This document shows, in pieces, positions 1-12,434 of a stretch of 32,789 bases of DNA. A program made the translations under genes and the position numbers. The notes beneath the pieces are model-generated. The model did no database searches, was not told the DNA's origin, and saw only the letters and a list, made by a program, of their open reading frames with translations. Each line of letters starts with the position of its first letter. Within the stretch, counting starts at the first letter, position 1. This stretch comes from Welwitschia mirabilis (lineage: Eukaryota), in assembly GCA_051453625.1 (NCBI GenBank), contig JBOZIK010000001.1:14272035-14304823 (forward strand), written 5' to 3'.

Positions 1-2600
1 TTTGATTCTAAGAGTAAAGTCAAATCTGGTTCTTGTTGAGGAGTGAGAAGATCATTGATTATCAGGGGTTTCATTTGATTTTTGGATAGAAATATGTATT
101 TTAGACCTTGAGGTAATTTTTTAAGCTCATGAGTGTTATGTTGAACTATCATCCTGTCTGTCATGGGGATGACAATCATGGGACCACATTCTTTAAAAAG
201 CTTTTCTATTGAGTAAAGATGTTGAACTTCTTCCCAATCTTCATAAATTTCATCTTCAGACTTAAGACAATTTATTTTAGTTGGGTCATCATATAAAGTT
301 GGCTCATATAGCATGATTAATCTCTCTTCTATAGGTTAATATTGTAAAAACAGAGTTGGTTTCAAGTTATCTTCAATGTTGAAATCAGTTCCTGTTTGTC
401 AAAGTGGTATCTCATCATCCTGTATTGTGTGTTAATGATACAATGGGTAGTTGCACAAAAATCTCTTCTTAGAAATAGTGGATATCCTCCATCATATTCT
501 ATCTCAATTATGACAACATCAATGGGATAAAAGGCTTCCTCAATTCAGATAACTAGATCTTTGATAATTCCTAGAGGTCTCTTGATTAAGGTATCAGCTA
601 ACTCCAAGATGATAGGTGTAGGTTTAACTCTGCTTTATAATCTAAGTCTTTTACATATATAAAGAGGCATAATGTTTACACTTATCAATTAAAGCCTTTT
701 TAATTCTTTTGTTTTCTTCTAAGGTAACACTAATAGTTGCATCTCTGGGATCTTTGAATTTAGAACAGTTTCTCATAACTAACTTGGAAAGAAATTGGGC
801 AAGAAAAACTTTATATGTTTTTACTTTCTTATTACTAAATCCTTTCATAACTTAGAATATTTGGGGTTTTCTTGTAGGAGCTTCCAAAAAAGTAGGTTGA
901 TGTTGACTTCTTGCATCAATGCTTTTAGGTGTTCATCCAATGTAGGATTTGTATTTAATCTATCAAGCCAAGGAGTAAATGGTTTTTTTTCTTTATTTTC
1001 TTTTAAATAATTTTTAGTAGAGGCCTTAGCAAGTGATGTAGATGAAAGGTTATAAGAGTCTAGGATTTCCACATCATCTTGTTTCATTTTGTTTAGAAGT
1101 TAAAACCTCATGGATAGGAGGTGTTGTATTCTTTCTACTTCTTATTACAATTTTTAAATCTCTTTTAACTTTATTTGAGTTGAGCATTGGTTGAGAAGCA
1201 AGGGAGCCTTGTGGTCTTTAGTTGGAAATCATTGTTTGTTTAAGCACATTTACTAAGTTCTCAATGTTGTTATTGGTTTTCTATTACACTTTTCTCATTT
1301 CCTCAATGATTTTCTAAGGGGATCATTTAGATTTTGTTGAAAACTCAATTGAAAGTTGGAATTCTTAAATCTATTTTTAAATGATTTCCACTGAGGTTGT
1401 CCACTTGATCTTTGTTGAAATTATGGTTGATTCTTAAAGTTAGTTGTTCTTTGGTTAAAGGCACATACTTCCTCAAACATCGTTTCTTTACAAGTTGGTA
1501 ATAAAGGACATTCTTTTGTTAGATGGAAGTCATCTTCACAAAGTTCACAATTAGAAGTGAAGGTTTCATTTCTAACTACTTTTGCATCAACTATCATTTG
1601 AGTATACTTCTCTAAAGTAGTGGTGAAATCTTTCATCAAGTTGGTTGAATCCTCCCTTTCTTCTTCCTTGTCATGCTTTACTCTTTTAATCTTTTAGAAT
1701 TTATCCTATAGTATGATTTTCTTTAGTGGGCTTAAGCCAAGTTTGAATTATTTCTATCAAATTCTCTAGCACACTTCATGCATCATCTAGGATTAAGTTC
1801 AATAAGTTTCCTCCACAAGAGAAGTCTACAAGTTGTCTTGTTAAAGCATCCAATCCACTATAAAAATAATCTACTAGCTCTTCTTTATGAAATTCATTAA
1901 TAGGGTTAGAATGGCTAGCAATTATAAAACATTCATAAGAGGTTGCATAATCCTCATGAGTTTGTTGTTAGAAGTTGGTTACTTCTTTTCTTCTATTCCT
2001 CATAGTACTTTCACTCAAAAATCGTTTAATGAACACTTCTTATACTTGACTCCAAGATTTAAGGATTTTATGTGGGATGGTTTTAAGCCAAATTTTTTCT
2101 CTTCCTCTAAGGATGACTAGAAAAATAATCATATAAGTACGATCAGTAATATGTTTTTTTCCATTTCCTGATGTAAGCACAAGTTGATCTATGTTGAAAA
2201 GGATCTTCTTCTAGTTCCCTTGAAAAAGTTGGATAAGCACTTAAATTCCTTAATTCTATATCGTCTCTAGGAGATAAATCAAAAGGATTTTGAATTTCAT
2301 GTTTTTTTAGCAATTAAATCCCNNNNNNNNNNNNNNNNNNNNNNNNNNNNNNNNNNNNNNNNNNNNNNNNNNNNNNNNNNNNNNNNNNNNNNNNNNNNNN
2401 NNNNNNNNNNNNNNNNNNNNNNAAATTCCTTAATTCTATATCATCTCTAGGAGATAAATCAAAAGGATTTTGAATTTCATGTTTTTTTAACAATTAAATC
2501 CCTAAGAGTAACATTTGCATTTGAAGAAGAAGTTTCTATTATGATTAGAGTGTTAGAAGAAGTAACTTGATTTTGTTTTTATAATGCTTTCAAAACATTT
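1..2600 (-). pseudogene. gag-pol: Decayed gag-protease of element C
   Basis: CELC...H...CP motif (ORF 1421-1639), KFKDP, a protease core KALID..SVNIMP with a small deletion near 660-700, and the pre-RT motif ELKKLPQGLKYIFL near 90-130. Many stops and frameshifts. Confidence 0.8.
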
Positions 2601-2672
2601 GACATTTTTAAAGAAACAATATGATCTCATTCTATGCTATAATTTTCTTTTATAAAATCTGATTTTGAAATA
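1..2672 (-). mobile_element. Element C: partial Athila-like Ty3/gypsy retrotransposon (gag-protease region), same family as element B
   Basis: Minus-strand peptides match B: TPWLDRLNTNPTLDEHLKALM (ORF 845-1087) vs TPWLDILNNNPTFDEHLKALM (ORF 21413-21697). The sequence is colinear with about 20450-23150. It runs off the left edge and ends at a 100-N gap. Confidence 0.85.
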
Positions 2673-2774
2673 NNNNNNNNNNNNNNNNNNNNNNNNNNNN
2701 NNNNNNNNNNNNNNNNNNNNNNNNNNNNNNNNNNNNNNNNNNNNNNNNNNNNNNNNNNNNNNNNNNNNNNNNCT

Positions 2775-3095
2775 TATGTGCCTTATTCATCTTTTCTTTC
2801 ATCACCACCACCTCCTCTTCCATTTCCTATTCATGCATAACCTCTTAGCATCACTACATCCTCAGTATCTAGTTTTGACAAGACCACCACTGCTAGTCTT
2901 TTTGGCACATCCATCACCCCTCAGATGTACTATTATATGAGGAAACATGTCTCTCAATGTTATAGTAAGACATCACAATGGTCATTATGGAAACAACATA
3001 TGACTCTACCTACATCATCTTCATCCTACATCATCCAGGTTTCTACCACCAAAGATAGTAATGATGATAGCAATGATAATGGGGCTGACACTTAA
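2775..3095 (+). pseudogene. C-terminal remnant of a SIRE extra (env-like) ORF
   Basis: Frame reads YVPYSSFLSSPPPPLPFPIHA*PLSITTSSVSSFDK...KDSNDDSNDNGADT* with one internal TAA, and lies just upstream of the PPT region. Confidence 0.45.
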
Positions 3096-3561
3096 TACAT
3101 TAGTGATTTTGCAATTTATGACTAGTTCTTTTTGTGATATCCAAAATGGAGGAGAAGATGGGAAAATCAAATTATATTAGATTGGACATCCCATATGAGT
3201 TTGGAGGATGTGAACTTGAGAAGGATTATTGGATTTTCTATGAGTAACATCTTTGTTAATGTTCACTTTCATGTGTTGGTATACATATCATGATTCTTTG
3301 ATGATTTATTACTTTTATCTATCATTTGTTAGACTCCTTTTCATACTTAATATAACTTATACTTTGACATGTATCTAGTAATTTAATATCTTAGCACTAC
3401 TTGTTTTTTTCCTATCTAGCAATAATTATCAATGTGTTTTTCAAATGATTTTACTTTTTAAAATCTTTAAAATTCCTCCTATGTTTCATATTTTATTAAT
3501 TTATATTAAGTAAATCTGAACATGATTGTATTAATGAGATTTTCACATTTTGGACATCAAT

Positions 3562-3576
3562 AAAAAAGGAGGATAT
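3562..3576 (+). promoter_or_regulatory. Polypurine tract of the SIRE-like element
   Basis: AAAAAAGGAGGATAT, a decayed AAAAAGGGGGAGAT, directly before the inferred LTR start. Confidence 0.6.
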
Positions 3577-4940
3577 TATTGGTAAAATCCTAGTTTTGAT
3601 GATTCCACTTGTTAAATATAATGTGTCTAATGTGCAGATAGGATATTGAAGAACACTTAAGTTGTAAATAGGGATCTAGCTAGCCAGACTTCAAAGCTTA
3701 AAGTTAACAAAAACTTTAGCTCAGATCTCATGAAGCATTAATAAAATTAAATAAAAACATACGCAGATCTAAAGTCATCTATAATAAAATGTCTATTATA
3801 TTGAAGATGTCTAGGATGAATCTAAAGCTAACATGCTTAAAAGATATTTATCTTAATAAAAACATATATATTAAACAAAGTAGCTAAGATAGGTAAAAAA
3901 AATGTTTAACAAATTAAATAATTTTATACTACTTTAAACGTCAAAAGACATTACTAAACTAAATACATTTATTAAACTAAAAGAGGTGACAAAGTTTAAT
4001 TATGCTATGATTAATTATTTACATTCTTGGGGATGAGAAGAGTTTTACATAATGAATTTGTAATACATAAGTATTAGAGATATAGTAGTTTAAGGCTTAT
4101 TAAAACCTAGGAACTTTAACCAAAGATATCTTTCAGGATGAAGGTGTCTGCCTGATAAAGACATTCACTATAGTAAAGAAATCTATATAAAAAATAAACA
4201 AAAAATAAAATAGCCATTAAATGATCAAAACTTATCCATTTATTAATGTTGCATAAAATTTAAATAATTCAAAATGGTTATCTCACTAGAATAAATGATA
4301 AAAATACCTCTCAAGCATAGAAGGCAAAAAGTATAAAGAGGAAGGCATTACTCATTTAGGTGATTGACACTACATATGAAGAATTTTATGTCCTTGATGA
4401 AGAAAACCATTTACTAAAGATATTACTTGATCTTTGGCTCTTCCATTACTACATAGATATGAACTTGGATATTTATGGATGATTACATCAAGGAGGACTT
4501 AAGATTCCATTAAATTTAGGATTATTATTTCTTATTTGTATTTTATATTGGCACATAATTATAAGACTATCAGATTATTGAATTCATTCTTTTCAATCTA
4601 TAAATTATAATCATCTTCTTTATTAAGATCCATTGTTTAGGAATTTCAAAGTATAAGGCAACCTTTATATGAGTCTACTTCTTTGGGTGAGCATAACTTG
4701 TATTTTGTCTATTGTAATCCCTAAGGGAAGAAAGTGCTATCTTTTGAGATGAATCTTAGTTTTATGTAAGATTGATGTGCTTGGTATAAAGAAAAGCTAT
4801 TCTATATGTGTGGGTACACCTAGGTTGGGGAACCATGTTAAATTAGTAAGATCTCTATTGTGCATTTTATTTGTTTTTAGTTTGGAATTTTTATTTGATA
4901 AACCACATTTACCCCTCTCCTATAAGTTCAATAATCCTCA
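3577..4940 (+). repeat. 3' LTR of the SIRE-like element (~1.36 kb)
   Basis: Starts TATTGG (decayed TGTTGG), has a TATA-like GTATAAAAG near 4331 and a C-rich signature at 4907-4920, and ends in CA at about 4940. There is no second copy in the window to confirm the boundaries. Confidence 0.55.
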
Positions 4941-5065
4941 GTTATGAAGCATGAAAAATGATAATTTATCCATGTAAGCTTAATCAAGAAAACTTACTAA
5001 CTATATACATATATTAAGGATTATAATTCTTGTAATCATTCATTAACAACCACATTGAATCATAG

Positions 5066-5120
5066 ACACAACACAACAACAACAACAATAACAACAACAA
5101 CAACCCAAAAAAAAAAAAAA
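5066..5120. repeat. (CAA)n microsatellite plus poly-A at a contig end
   Basis: Seen directly; it abuts the N gap 5123-5883. Confidence 0.9.
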
Positions 5121-6122
5121 GTNNNNNNNNNNNNNNNNNNNNNNNNNNNNNNNNNNNNNNNNNNNNNNNNNNNNNNNNNNNNNNNNNNNNNNNNNNNNNN
5201 NNNNNNNNNNNNNNNNNNNNNNNNNNNNNNNNNNNNNNNNNNNNNNNNNNNNNNNNNNNNNNNNNNNNNNNNNNNNNNNNNNNNNNNNNNNNNNNNNNNN
5301 NNNNNNNNNNNNNNNNNNNNNNNNNNNNNNNNNNNNNNNNNNNNNNNNNNNNNNNNNNNNNNNNNNNNNNNNNNNNNNNNNNNNNNNNNNNNNNNNNNNN
5401 NNNNNNNNNNNNNNNNNNNNNNNNNNNNNNNNNNNNNNNNNNNNNNNNNNNNNNNNNNNNNNNNNNNNNNNNNNNNNNNNNNNNNNNNNNNNNNNNNNNN
5501 NNNNNNNNNNNNNNNNNNNNNNNNNNNNNNNNNNNNNNNNNNNNNNNNNNNNNNNNNNNNNNNNNNNNNNNNNNNNNNNNNNNNNNNNNNNNNNNNNNNN
5601 NNNNNNNNNNNNNNNNNNNNNNNNNNNNNNNNNNNNNNNNNNNNNNNNNNNNNNNNNNNNNNNNNNNNNNNNNNNNNNNNNNNNNNNNNNNNNNNNNNNN
5701 NNNNNNNNNNNNNNNNNNNNNNNNNNNNNNNNNNNNNNNNNNNNNNNNNNNNNNNNNNNNNNNNNNNNNNNNNNNNNNNNNNNNNNNNNNNNNNNNNNNN
5801 NNNNNNNNNNNNNNNNNNNNNNNNNNNNNNNNNNNNNNNNNNNNNNNNNNNNNNNNNNNNNNNNNNNNNNNNNNNNNNNNNNNAAAAAAGTAGATAATAA
5901 AAGAGTAAAGAAATTTCGCATGTAAATACTGTATAGTTTAAGATTTAAAACAATGAGTTTAATGATGATAGATTAACCAACTTGTGATAGTGAACTAATA
6001 AAGTTATTGAATCATTGAAAAAGAGCTAATTCAAATGAACTTAACTCATGAAATTTAGATATAGATTTTTCATAATATTAAGAAGTACAAAATGCACTTA
6101 CAGATTTCAGACATGTAGGAAG

Positions 6123-7457
6123 TGATAACATGTAAAAATTAACATTATTATTAAGTTAAATAATCAATTAACCTTAATAGAAGACATTAATATTATTTAA
6201 TTTATCATAAAAACATGTCTTTTATTAATTTTTAGATTAATTATGAGCTTAGCTATTTTTCATAATATTTTGAGGTGTATTATGCTTAATTGAAATACAT
6301 ACCTTAATTTCATCATTAATTTGATTAAAATACTAGTATCATTAAATAGGACCATAGACACCATTGATCTATGTATTCAAACCACCTTAAAACTTATGTT
6401 TCTGGTATGTTATAAAAAATTAGATAGAATATAGTTGTAGATTTAAGAAATTCCACATCTAAAAATAATTACATTCTTATTGACACATGGTGGTGATGTT
6501 GAGGATTCGTAGAGTAATACATAACATTACTGAATAGGAAAACAGTGGAGACCCATGGCTATAATAGTGTTTGATGGCAGCTACTATACTCTTAAGCCAA
6601 GTGTTGGTGTCATAATGAACATCTTAATCAAATATAAAAGAAAACAAACTATTCTATTTTTATGATTATGTAACCATCCATTTAAAGCTACAAGCTAAGA
6701 GCTTGTAACCATTTCTTATGCTTATCTTTCCCTATAAAATAGCCTTGAGCCCTTTATTGTATCATCTTTGATTTGGAGATTTATAGAACTTTAGAGTATT
6801 AACTTATGATGGCTTTCTAAACTCTTTGAAGGAGTGATCTAGTCTTATAGGATTACTTGGGAAGCTCTTTCTACTTTCTTCTTTCTTTGTTGTAAAGTTG
6901 TTTTATTTTGTAATGCAAAAGTTGTTTCCCTTTGATTTTAGTTTAGGAGTAAAATTATAATTAAAATGCTTAGGTAACTTCTTTAACTATCAATTTTTAA
7001 TTATGTGAATCCACTTTTATCATTACTTTTTTTAATTTCATAAATCTTGAGTACTTTAGAAGTCCTTACTTTCTATTAGTATTTTGAGGCTAGAGTGCTA
7101 ATTAAATCTTCATTTATCATATGGTCAATGAAATTATACCTCATTAATGGGATAAAAAACACTTTCTAGTTTTTATTATTTTATAAAAAAGTAATTAAAT
7201 AGAACTAGAATGAAGGACTTCTTAGGACAAATCAGTAATATGTTGGAACTAATTTTTTGTCCTCCTCTCTAAGGTGAATTTCAACTCAAATTTAAACTTT
7301 ACCTTATCTCTTCTTCTCTTTTTTTTTTTTTTTGTAGTTTTTTTTAAAAGTTAAAGTTAGTATAAATTTTGAATCTATACCTCATGTTATCCCTAAGAAA
7401 GAATGATAGCTAAGTGAAAACTTAGCTTAAAGTTAGATAGTTTTAAACTAATAAATA
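6123..7457 (+). repeat. 5' LTR of element A
   Basis: TGATAACATGTAAAAATT aligns with TGTTAGCATGTAAAAATT at 27362, and homology continues to the gap. TATA box CTATAAAATAG at about 6731. The end is inferred from the PBS position. Confidence 0.9.
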
Positions 7458-7462
7458 GATTT

Positions 7463-7480
7463 TAGTGTTGTTACTAGGGA
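7463..7480 (+). promoter_or_regulatory. Decayed primer-binding site (tRNA-Asp) of element A
   Basis: TAGTGTTGTTACTAGGGA vs canonical Athila TGGCGCCGTTGCCGGGGA; all 7 differences are C>T or G>A. Confidence 0.8.
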
Positions 7481-8449
7481 TAATGGCATAGTAGTAGCTC
7501 AAAGGAGCACTAGTTTATTCCCTTCCTAAAAGTTTATATATAGTTTTAATCTTCCTAGTAGTAGGAATTAGTCTTTTTTCTAGAAATACCCAAACTGATC
7601 CTCTTCTTTTATTTTTTTTGTTTAGTTTTTCTTTTTAGTGGTTAATATTTATCCTTTTAATGTTAATAAAATTGGTCTAGCTTGTTTTAAAGTTTTCTTT
7701 TGATTATTTCCTAACTTGTTTTCTATAGGTGTAATGTTTGTTTCAAGGTTGCTTTAGAGTATTAAAAAATTTTAAAACTTTAAAAACTTTTAATTAATTA
7801 AACATTACATGCTTTTATTTTCCTATTACATTTTTTTATGTTTTTATATTTCTATTTTTGTACTTTCACTGTGTTCTTAAAACCTTTCAAATATAAAAAT
7901 ATTTCATGATTTTTATTACATTTTGATCACATTATTCATCACTATTTTATTTTGTTGTAATTCTAATACTAATTTATTCTACAAAAACTCTGTGATCCAC
8001 ACATTAAAAACTAAATTGGCATTAATACCTTCCCTCACTAGTGTTATTGTCCTTTTATATTACAAATCCTCCATTTCTAATAGAACCTTTTATACAACCT
8101 TAAAAATCCAATAATCTTATAGGCTCTAAAAACTATCATTTGTTATTGTTTAAAAACTTTTGGATCTTATTCTTACATGACTTAGATCCATGATAAAACT
8201 AAAAGACTATTCTAAGAAAACATGGACTATTGCATAAATCATAATAGAACATAAGAAATTTGAAAAAAAATGTTGTGATAATTTCCTAAGAGATTAAACC
8301 TTAACCTCACAAAATAACCAAAACAATTAACAAACTAGTTCATCATCATAGCAGATCTTGAATGACTCATTCAATCTCCAAAATTCCTTTAATGGATCTT
8401 TGTCAAATCAATAAATGTACAATAGATTAATAGCTTACTGTTTTCCCTA

Positions 8450-10080
8450 GGAAGTAGCAAAATAATAAGTTACCATCACTGTCACTACTAACTAACCTAG
8501 GTAAAACCTTCCCTCTAGACATAAAACATAGGAATACCTTCTTGCATATTACCACCACCCATTAAATGAAGCTATAATTTAAATCCTCTACTATCTAAAT
8601 TTTGTTGCATTTTCATGGCCTTAAATTTGAAGATCTATATCTTTGCCTTAATGAATTTGAGTGCATCTTATTAACCATCCCTCAATAACCCAACACTTAT
8701 GATGCAGTCAAGCTTATCTTATTCCTCTTTTTTTTTGATAGATAAAGAGAAATTCTAGTTATACATTTTAAAACCCTTCTTCATTACAAATTGGACAAAA
8801 CTAAGTAAATCCTTCATCTCTAAATTCTTTTCTAATTACAAGATAAATTCCCTTAGGAAATAAATCATGAATTTCCAATAAAAGGATCATAAAATATTCT
8901 TTCAGATCTTAGAAAGATTTAAACACCTATTATTAAAATGCCCTCAACATGGTTTTGAATCAAGTTATTGGATTATCCGTGAATAATTATCAACTAATTA
9001 AGATGATGAGCTGAGGTAATTTTCTAAGAATTCTCTTAGATGAGGTTTAAGAGTACTTAGAAAGCATAATGAGAGCTTAAAAATTGGCAGAATCCCATCA
9101 AACCTTCAAGATCATATCATCTAGTTAGATCAACAAGTTTTTTAAAAATTCTAAAAAACTTTTAGCTGAATAATAAAATACATGAAGTAGCAAAAAATTT
9201 AGAATTATTAACTACCTCACCTTCAACTTAATCTATAGTTACTAAGATTGAATGTTTAATCTTCCATATTGACATTCATAAAGCTACTAATGCTCATCTA
9301 TCCCTTTATTTCAAAACATAATTAATAAACAAGTGAATGTAGTAGGTAATCAATTGCAAAACCCTAAAAACAATCTATACTCAAATACTTACATTCTTAT
9401 AAGTAAAAAAAATCCAAATTTCTCTTGAAAATAAAAGTTATAGTATAAAATTTTTTTCCCTTTATCTTCTAGTTATTATCCATCATCATCAAATTGTTAA
9501 ATAACTTCATCTAACCCATTGGAGGAAATCCTCAAAATGTTTATGAAAAAACAAACATAAAAAAAATGATAGATTTAAATAAAGCATAAATCAACTCTAA
9601 TAAATTACCACCAAAATTCTTACATTAATAAACCAAAGTGTAATAGGAAAATTCCCCATAAGTGCTCAACCAAATCTAAAGGGAGTTAGATTTATGAAAG
9701 TGTTAGAATGCTTAGAATAAATAAGTGTACACACCTTAGGAGTGGGAAAGAGTTAAAAGATCTATCCACATAAAATAAGCCTAATAATAAATCAAACCTC
9801 ATAGAAAATAAGGAAAAGGAGAAGAGTAAAGATCCATTTACTAGTTACAAAGTATCCTTACCTTTTCCCTAATAGCTTAGGAAGCATAACATGATGAAAA
9901 AGTAATTAGAGGCTCTATACATTTTTAAGAAAGTTAAGATAAACATTCTGCTTTTAGAAGCTATCAAATAGGTATACTCCTATACTAAATTCCTTAAGGA
10001 CTTATGCACCATAAAAAGGTAAATGAATGTTTAGTCTAAAGACTTTTTATCTTAACAAATAATATGATTCTTTAAAACGA
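8450..10080 (+). pseudogene. gag: gag of element A (decayed)
   Basis: AFHGLKFEDLYLCLNEFE near 8606-8660 (Athila-type FHG..E.PY.H..EF), then VKLILF and KCPQHGF motifs, and late-gag KKVKINILLLEAIK. Many stops. Confidence 0.8.
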
Positions 10081-10089
10081 ATTCTTACT

Positions 10090-10500
10090 AAAGTATAAAA
10101 ACCCTGGGTATTCCATAATTGCTATTATCATAAGAAATAAACAACTTAACCAAGCCTTATTAGATTTAAAATCTAGTGTAAATCTGCTTCCATACAAAAC
10201 CTATAAGGAGTTATGGTTGAAAGGACTTAATAATATGAAGCTCCAACTCCAACTAATAAACAACTCTATAAAAATACCATTAGAAGTCATTAAGGACATC
10301 ATAATTAAAGTTTATAGTTACTAAATTCTAATAGATTTTTGGGTATTGGATATGAAGAACTCATCAAATAAAATAGTACCTAGCATTTTAAAAATATTGT
10401 TCTTAGCAATCACAAATGCCTTAATTAATTACAAGAGTAAGTAATGAAGATTTCCCTTAGTAATGTCACCATAGAACTAGATTTCTTTAATGCCATGAAG
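10090..10500 (+). pseudogene. pol: Aspartic protease domain of element A
   Basis: ALLDLKSSVNLLP at 10154-10192, a decayed ALLDLGASVNLLP. Confidence 0.85.
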
Positions 10501-10789
10501 TTGCCATAAAATAACAAAGAGGTAGAGTATGTAGATAGGATAGAAAGCCTTTTTAAGAATCAAAATTTACTTCTCATTATTTTGAAAATGATGAAATAGA
10601 TTAGTCTCAAGAATCATGCCTTATAGCTCAAAATCAAGTTGACTTAGAACTTAAATCCTTATTTAATAATTTAAAATATGCTTTCTTAGGGGATAACTCC
10701 ATCTTTCTAGTAGTCATAAATTATTTTCTAACTTCATCCCAATATGATCAATTACTTAAACTCTTAAAGAAGAATAAATAGATAATATG

Positions 10790-11800
10790 ATGAACTCTCT
10801 TCAACATTAGAGGCATTATCCCTAGTATTTGCTTATACCATATCTATTTGGAGGAAAATGTTGAGACATGTATCAAATCATAATGAAGAATAAATCTAAA
10901 TTTGAGGAATGTAGTTAAAAATGAGGTAATCAAACTTGTAAATATTGGAATTATCTACTCTATTTCATATAGAAAATGGATAAGTCCAACTGAGATCATA
11001 GCAAAAAAATTAGGAATTACCCTTATTCATAATAAGCATAATGAGCTTATCCTTACAAGACTTACAATAAAATGAAGGACATACATTGATTATAATAATG
11101 TAAATGCTATGTCTATATAGGATCATTTCCTTCTTCCTTTCTTAGATTAAATTTTAGCACAACTCGCATGGCACCCAATTCACTATTTCTTAAATGGGTA
11201 CTAAGATTATGATCAAATTGAAATTACTCTTATCAAGACAAAACCACCTTCACTTGCTCCTTTGGAATATTTGCTTACAAGTGGATTCCCTTTGGCCTAT
11301 GCAATGTACCTAACAATTTCCAACATTACGTGATCAAGTTCTTCTCTAAATTATTAGGTTTAGATGTCAAAAATTTCATGGATGACTTCTTGATCTATGG
11401 ATTCTTGCTTAATCAGTATTTAAATAACTTATAACATGTCCTTAAGAGATTTATTAAAAAATGCCTTATACTCAACTGGTAAAAATTTCATTTTATGGTT
11501 AATCAAGGTGTAGCTTTAGGACATGTCATCTCTAAGGAAGGAATTCAAGCAGATCTAGTTAAGGTTTCCTTAATTACATATCTATCAATCCCTCAAAAAT
11601 AAAAAGACATCAAATTATTCTTAGGACAAGTAGAATATTATAAAAGATTTAATAAGGATTTTAGTAAAATCTCTAAGCCTTTACATAATCTTCTAAGCAA
11701 GAACACCTCTTTGGATTAGACTCTAGAGTGTTAAAATAAATTCAAACAACTCAAAGAAAAACTAACTTCTACACCCATTATCTAAGCACCTAATTAGAAG
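10790..11800 (+). pseudogene. pol: Reverse transcriptase domain of element A
   Basis: IIYSISYRKWISP, GITLIHNKHNELILTRL (Athila-type insertion), IDY, DHFLLPFL, PFGLCN, and FMDDF at 11375-11389. Confidence 0.92.
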
Positions 11801-11815
11801 TTATGTTTTAAGTTT

Positions 11816-12165
11816 ATGTGTGATGTAAGTATCTATACAATAGGAGCTATATTAGGATAAATAATCAATAAAATACCAACTGTGATTTACTATGTCAGTA
11901 AAGCTTTAAATGATACTCAAATCAATTATACCATTATAGAGAAAGAGTTTTTAGCCATTGTTGTTACTCTTGAAAAATTTAGATAACACTTTTCATGATT
12001 TAAGGTAGTTATTTACATTGATCACTCAACCCTTAGATATTTTTTTATGAAAAAAGATTTGAAACCAAAGTAAATAGATAGATTCTCCTCCTTAAACGAT
12101 TTAATTTAGAAATTAAAGATAATAAAGGCTTGGGTAATGTCATTACATATCATCTTTCATGCATA
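11816..12165 (+). pseudogene. pol: RNase H domain of element A
   Basis: MCDVSIYTIGAILG...YYVSKALNDTQINYTIIEKEFLAIV...IDHSTLRY. Confidence 0.9.
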
Positions 12166-12179
12166 TTCCCTATCCATTG

Positions 12180-12434
12180 ACAAAACTTTTCTAGATAAAC
12201 ATCTCTTTTTAGTCAAAGAAGTACCTTGGTATATAAACATTTCCTATTACTTAGTCTCTAAAATTATTCCTTCCACTAGACTGTTAATGATAAAAGAGAT
12301 TTCTAAGCCAAGTTAAATATTTTTCTAGGATAACCCATATGTTTTTCAAATATTGTCTAGAGCAAGTCATTCATAAATGTACCCCTTAAGATAACACTTA
12401 TAACATAAACATTGCCATTCTCAAGCTTGAGGGG
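12180..12434 (+). pseudogene. pol: N-terminal part of the element A integrase, cut by the insertion of B
   Basis: VPWYINISYYL and HCHSQA directly before the LTR of B. Confidence 0.85.
12430..12434. repeat. Left copy of the 5-bp target-site duplication of B (AGGGG)
   Basis: Matches TGGGG at 25040-25044 at 4 of 5 positions; both copies directly flank the TG...CA ends. Confidence 0.8.

Larger units (their letters stand above)
2773..4940 (+). mobile_element. 3' portion of a probable SIRE/Sirevirus (Ty1/copia) element
   Basis: A Pro/Ser-rich ORF tail with an acidic end, two PPT-like tracts (3143-3156, 3562-3576), an LTR start resembling TGTTGG...GTTTTGATGAT, and an LTR end with ATTTACCCCTCTC resembling the Sirevirus ATTCACCCCCCTC signature. 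No pol is visible, so the call rests on these motifs. Confidence 0.6.

Noticed and set aside
2665..2940. His-rich 91-aa ORF
   Set aside because: It starts across a gap and is an alternative frame of the Pro/Ser-rich remnant.
5043..5921. Long ORFs of 280-292 aa
   Set aside because: Artefacts of translating through an N gap and a CAA repeat.
6118..6122. Candidate TSD GGAAG for element A
   Set aside because: The right end of A lies in the gap 28558-28720 and no matching copy is visible after it.
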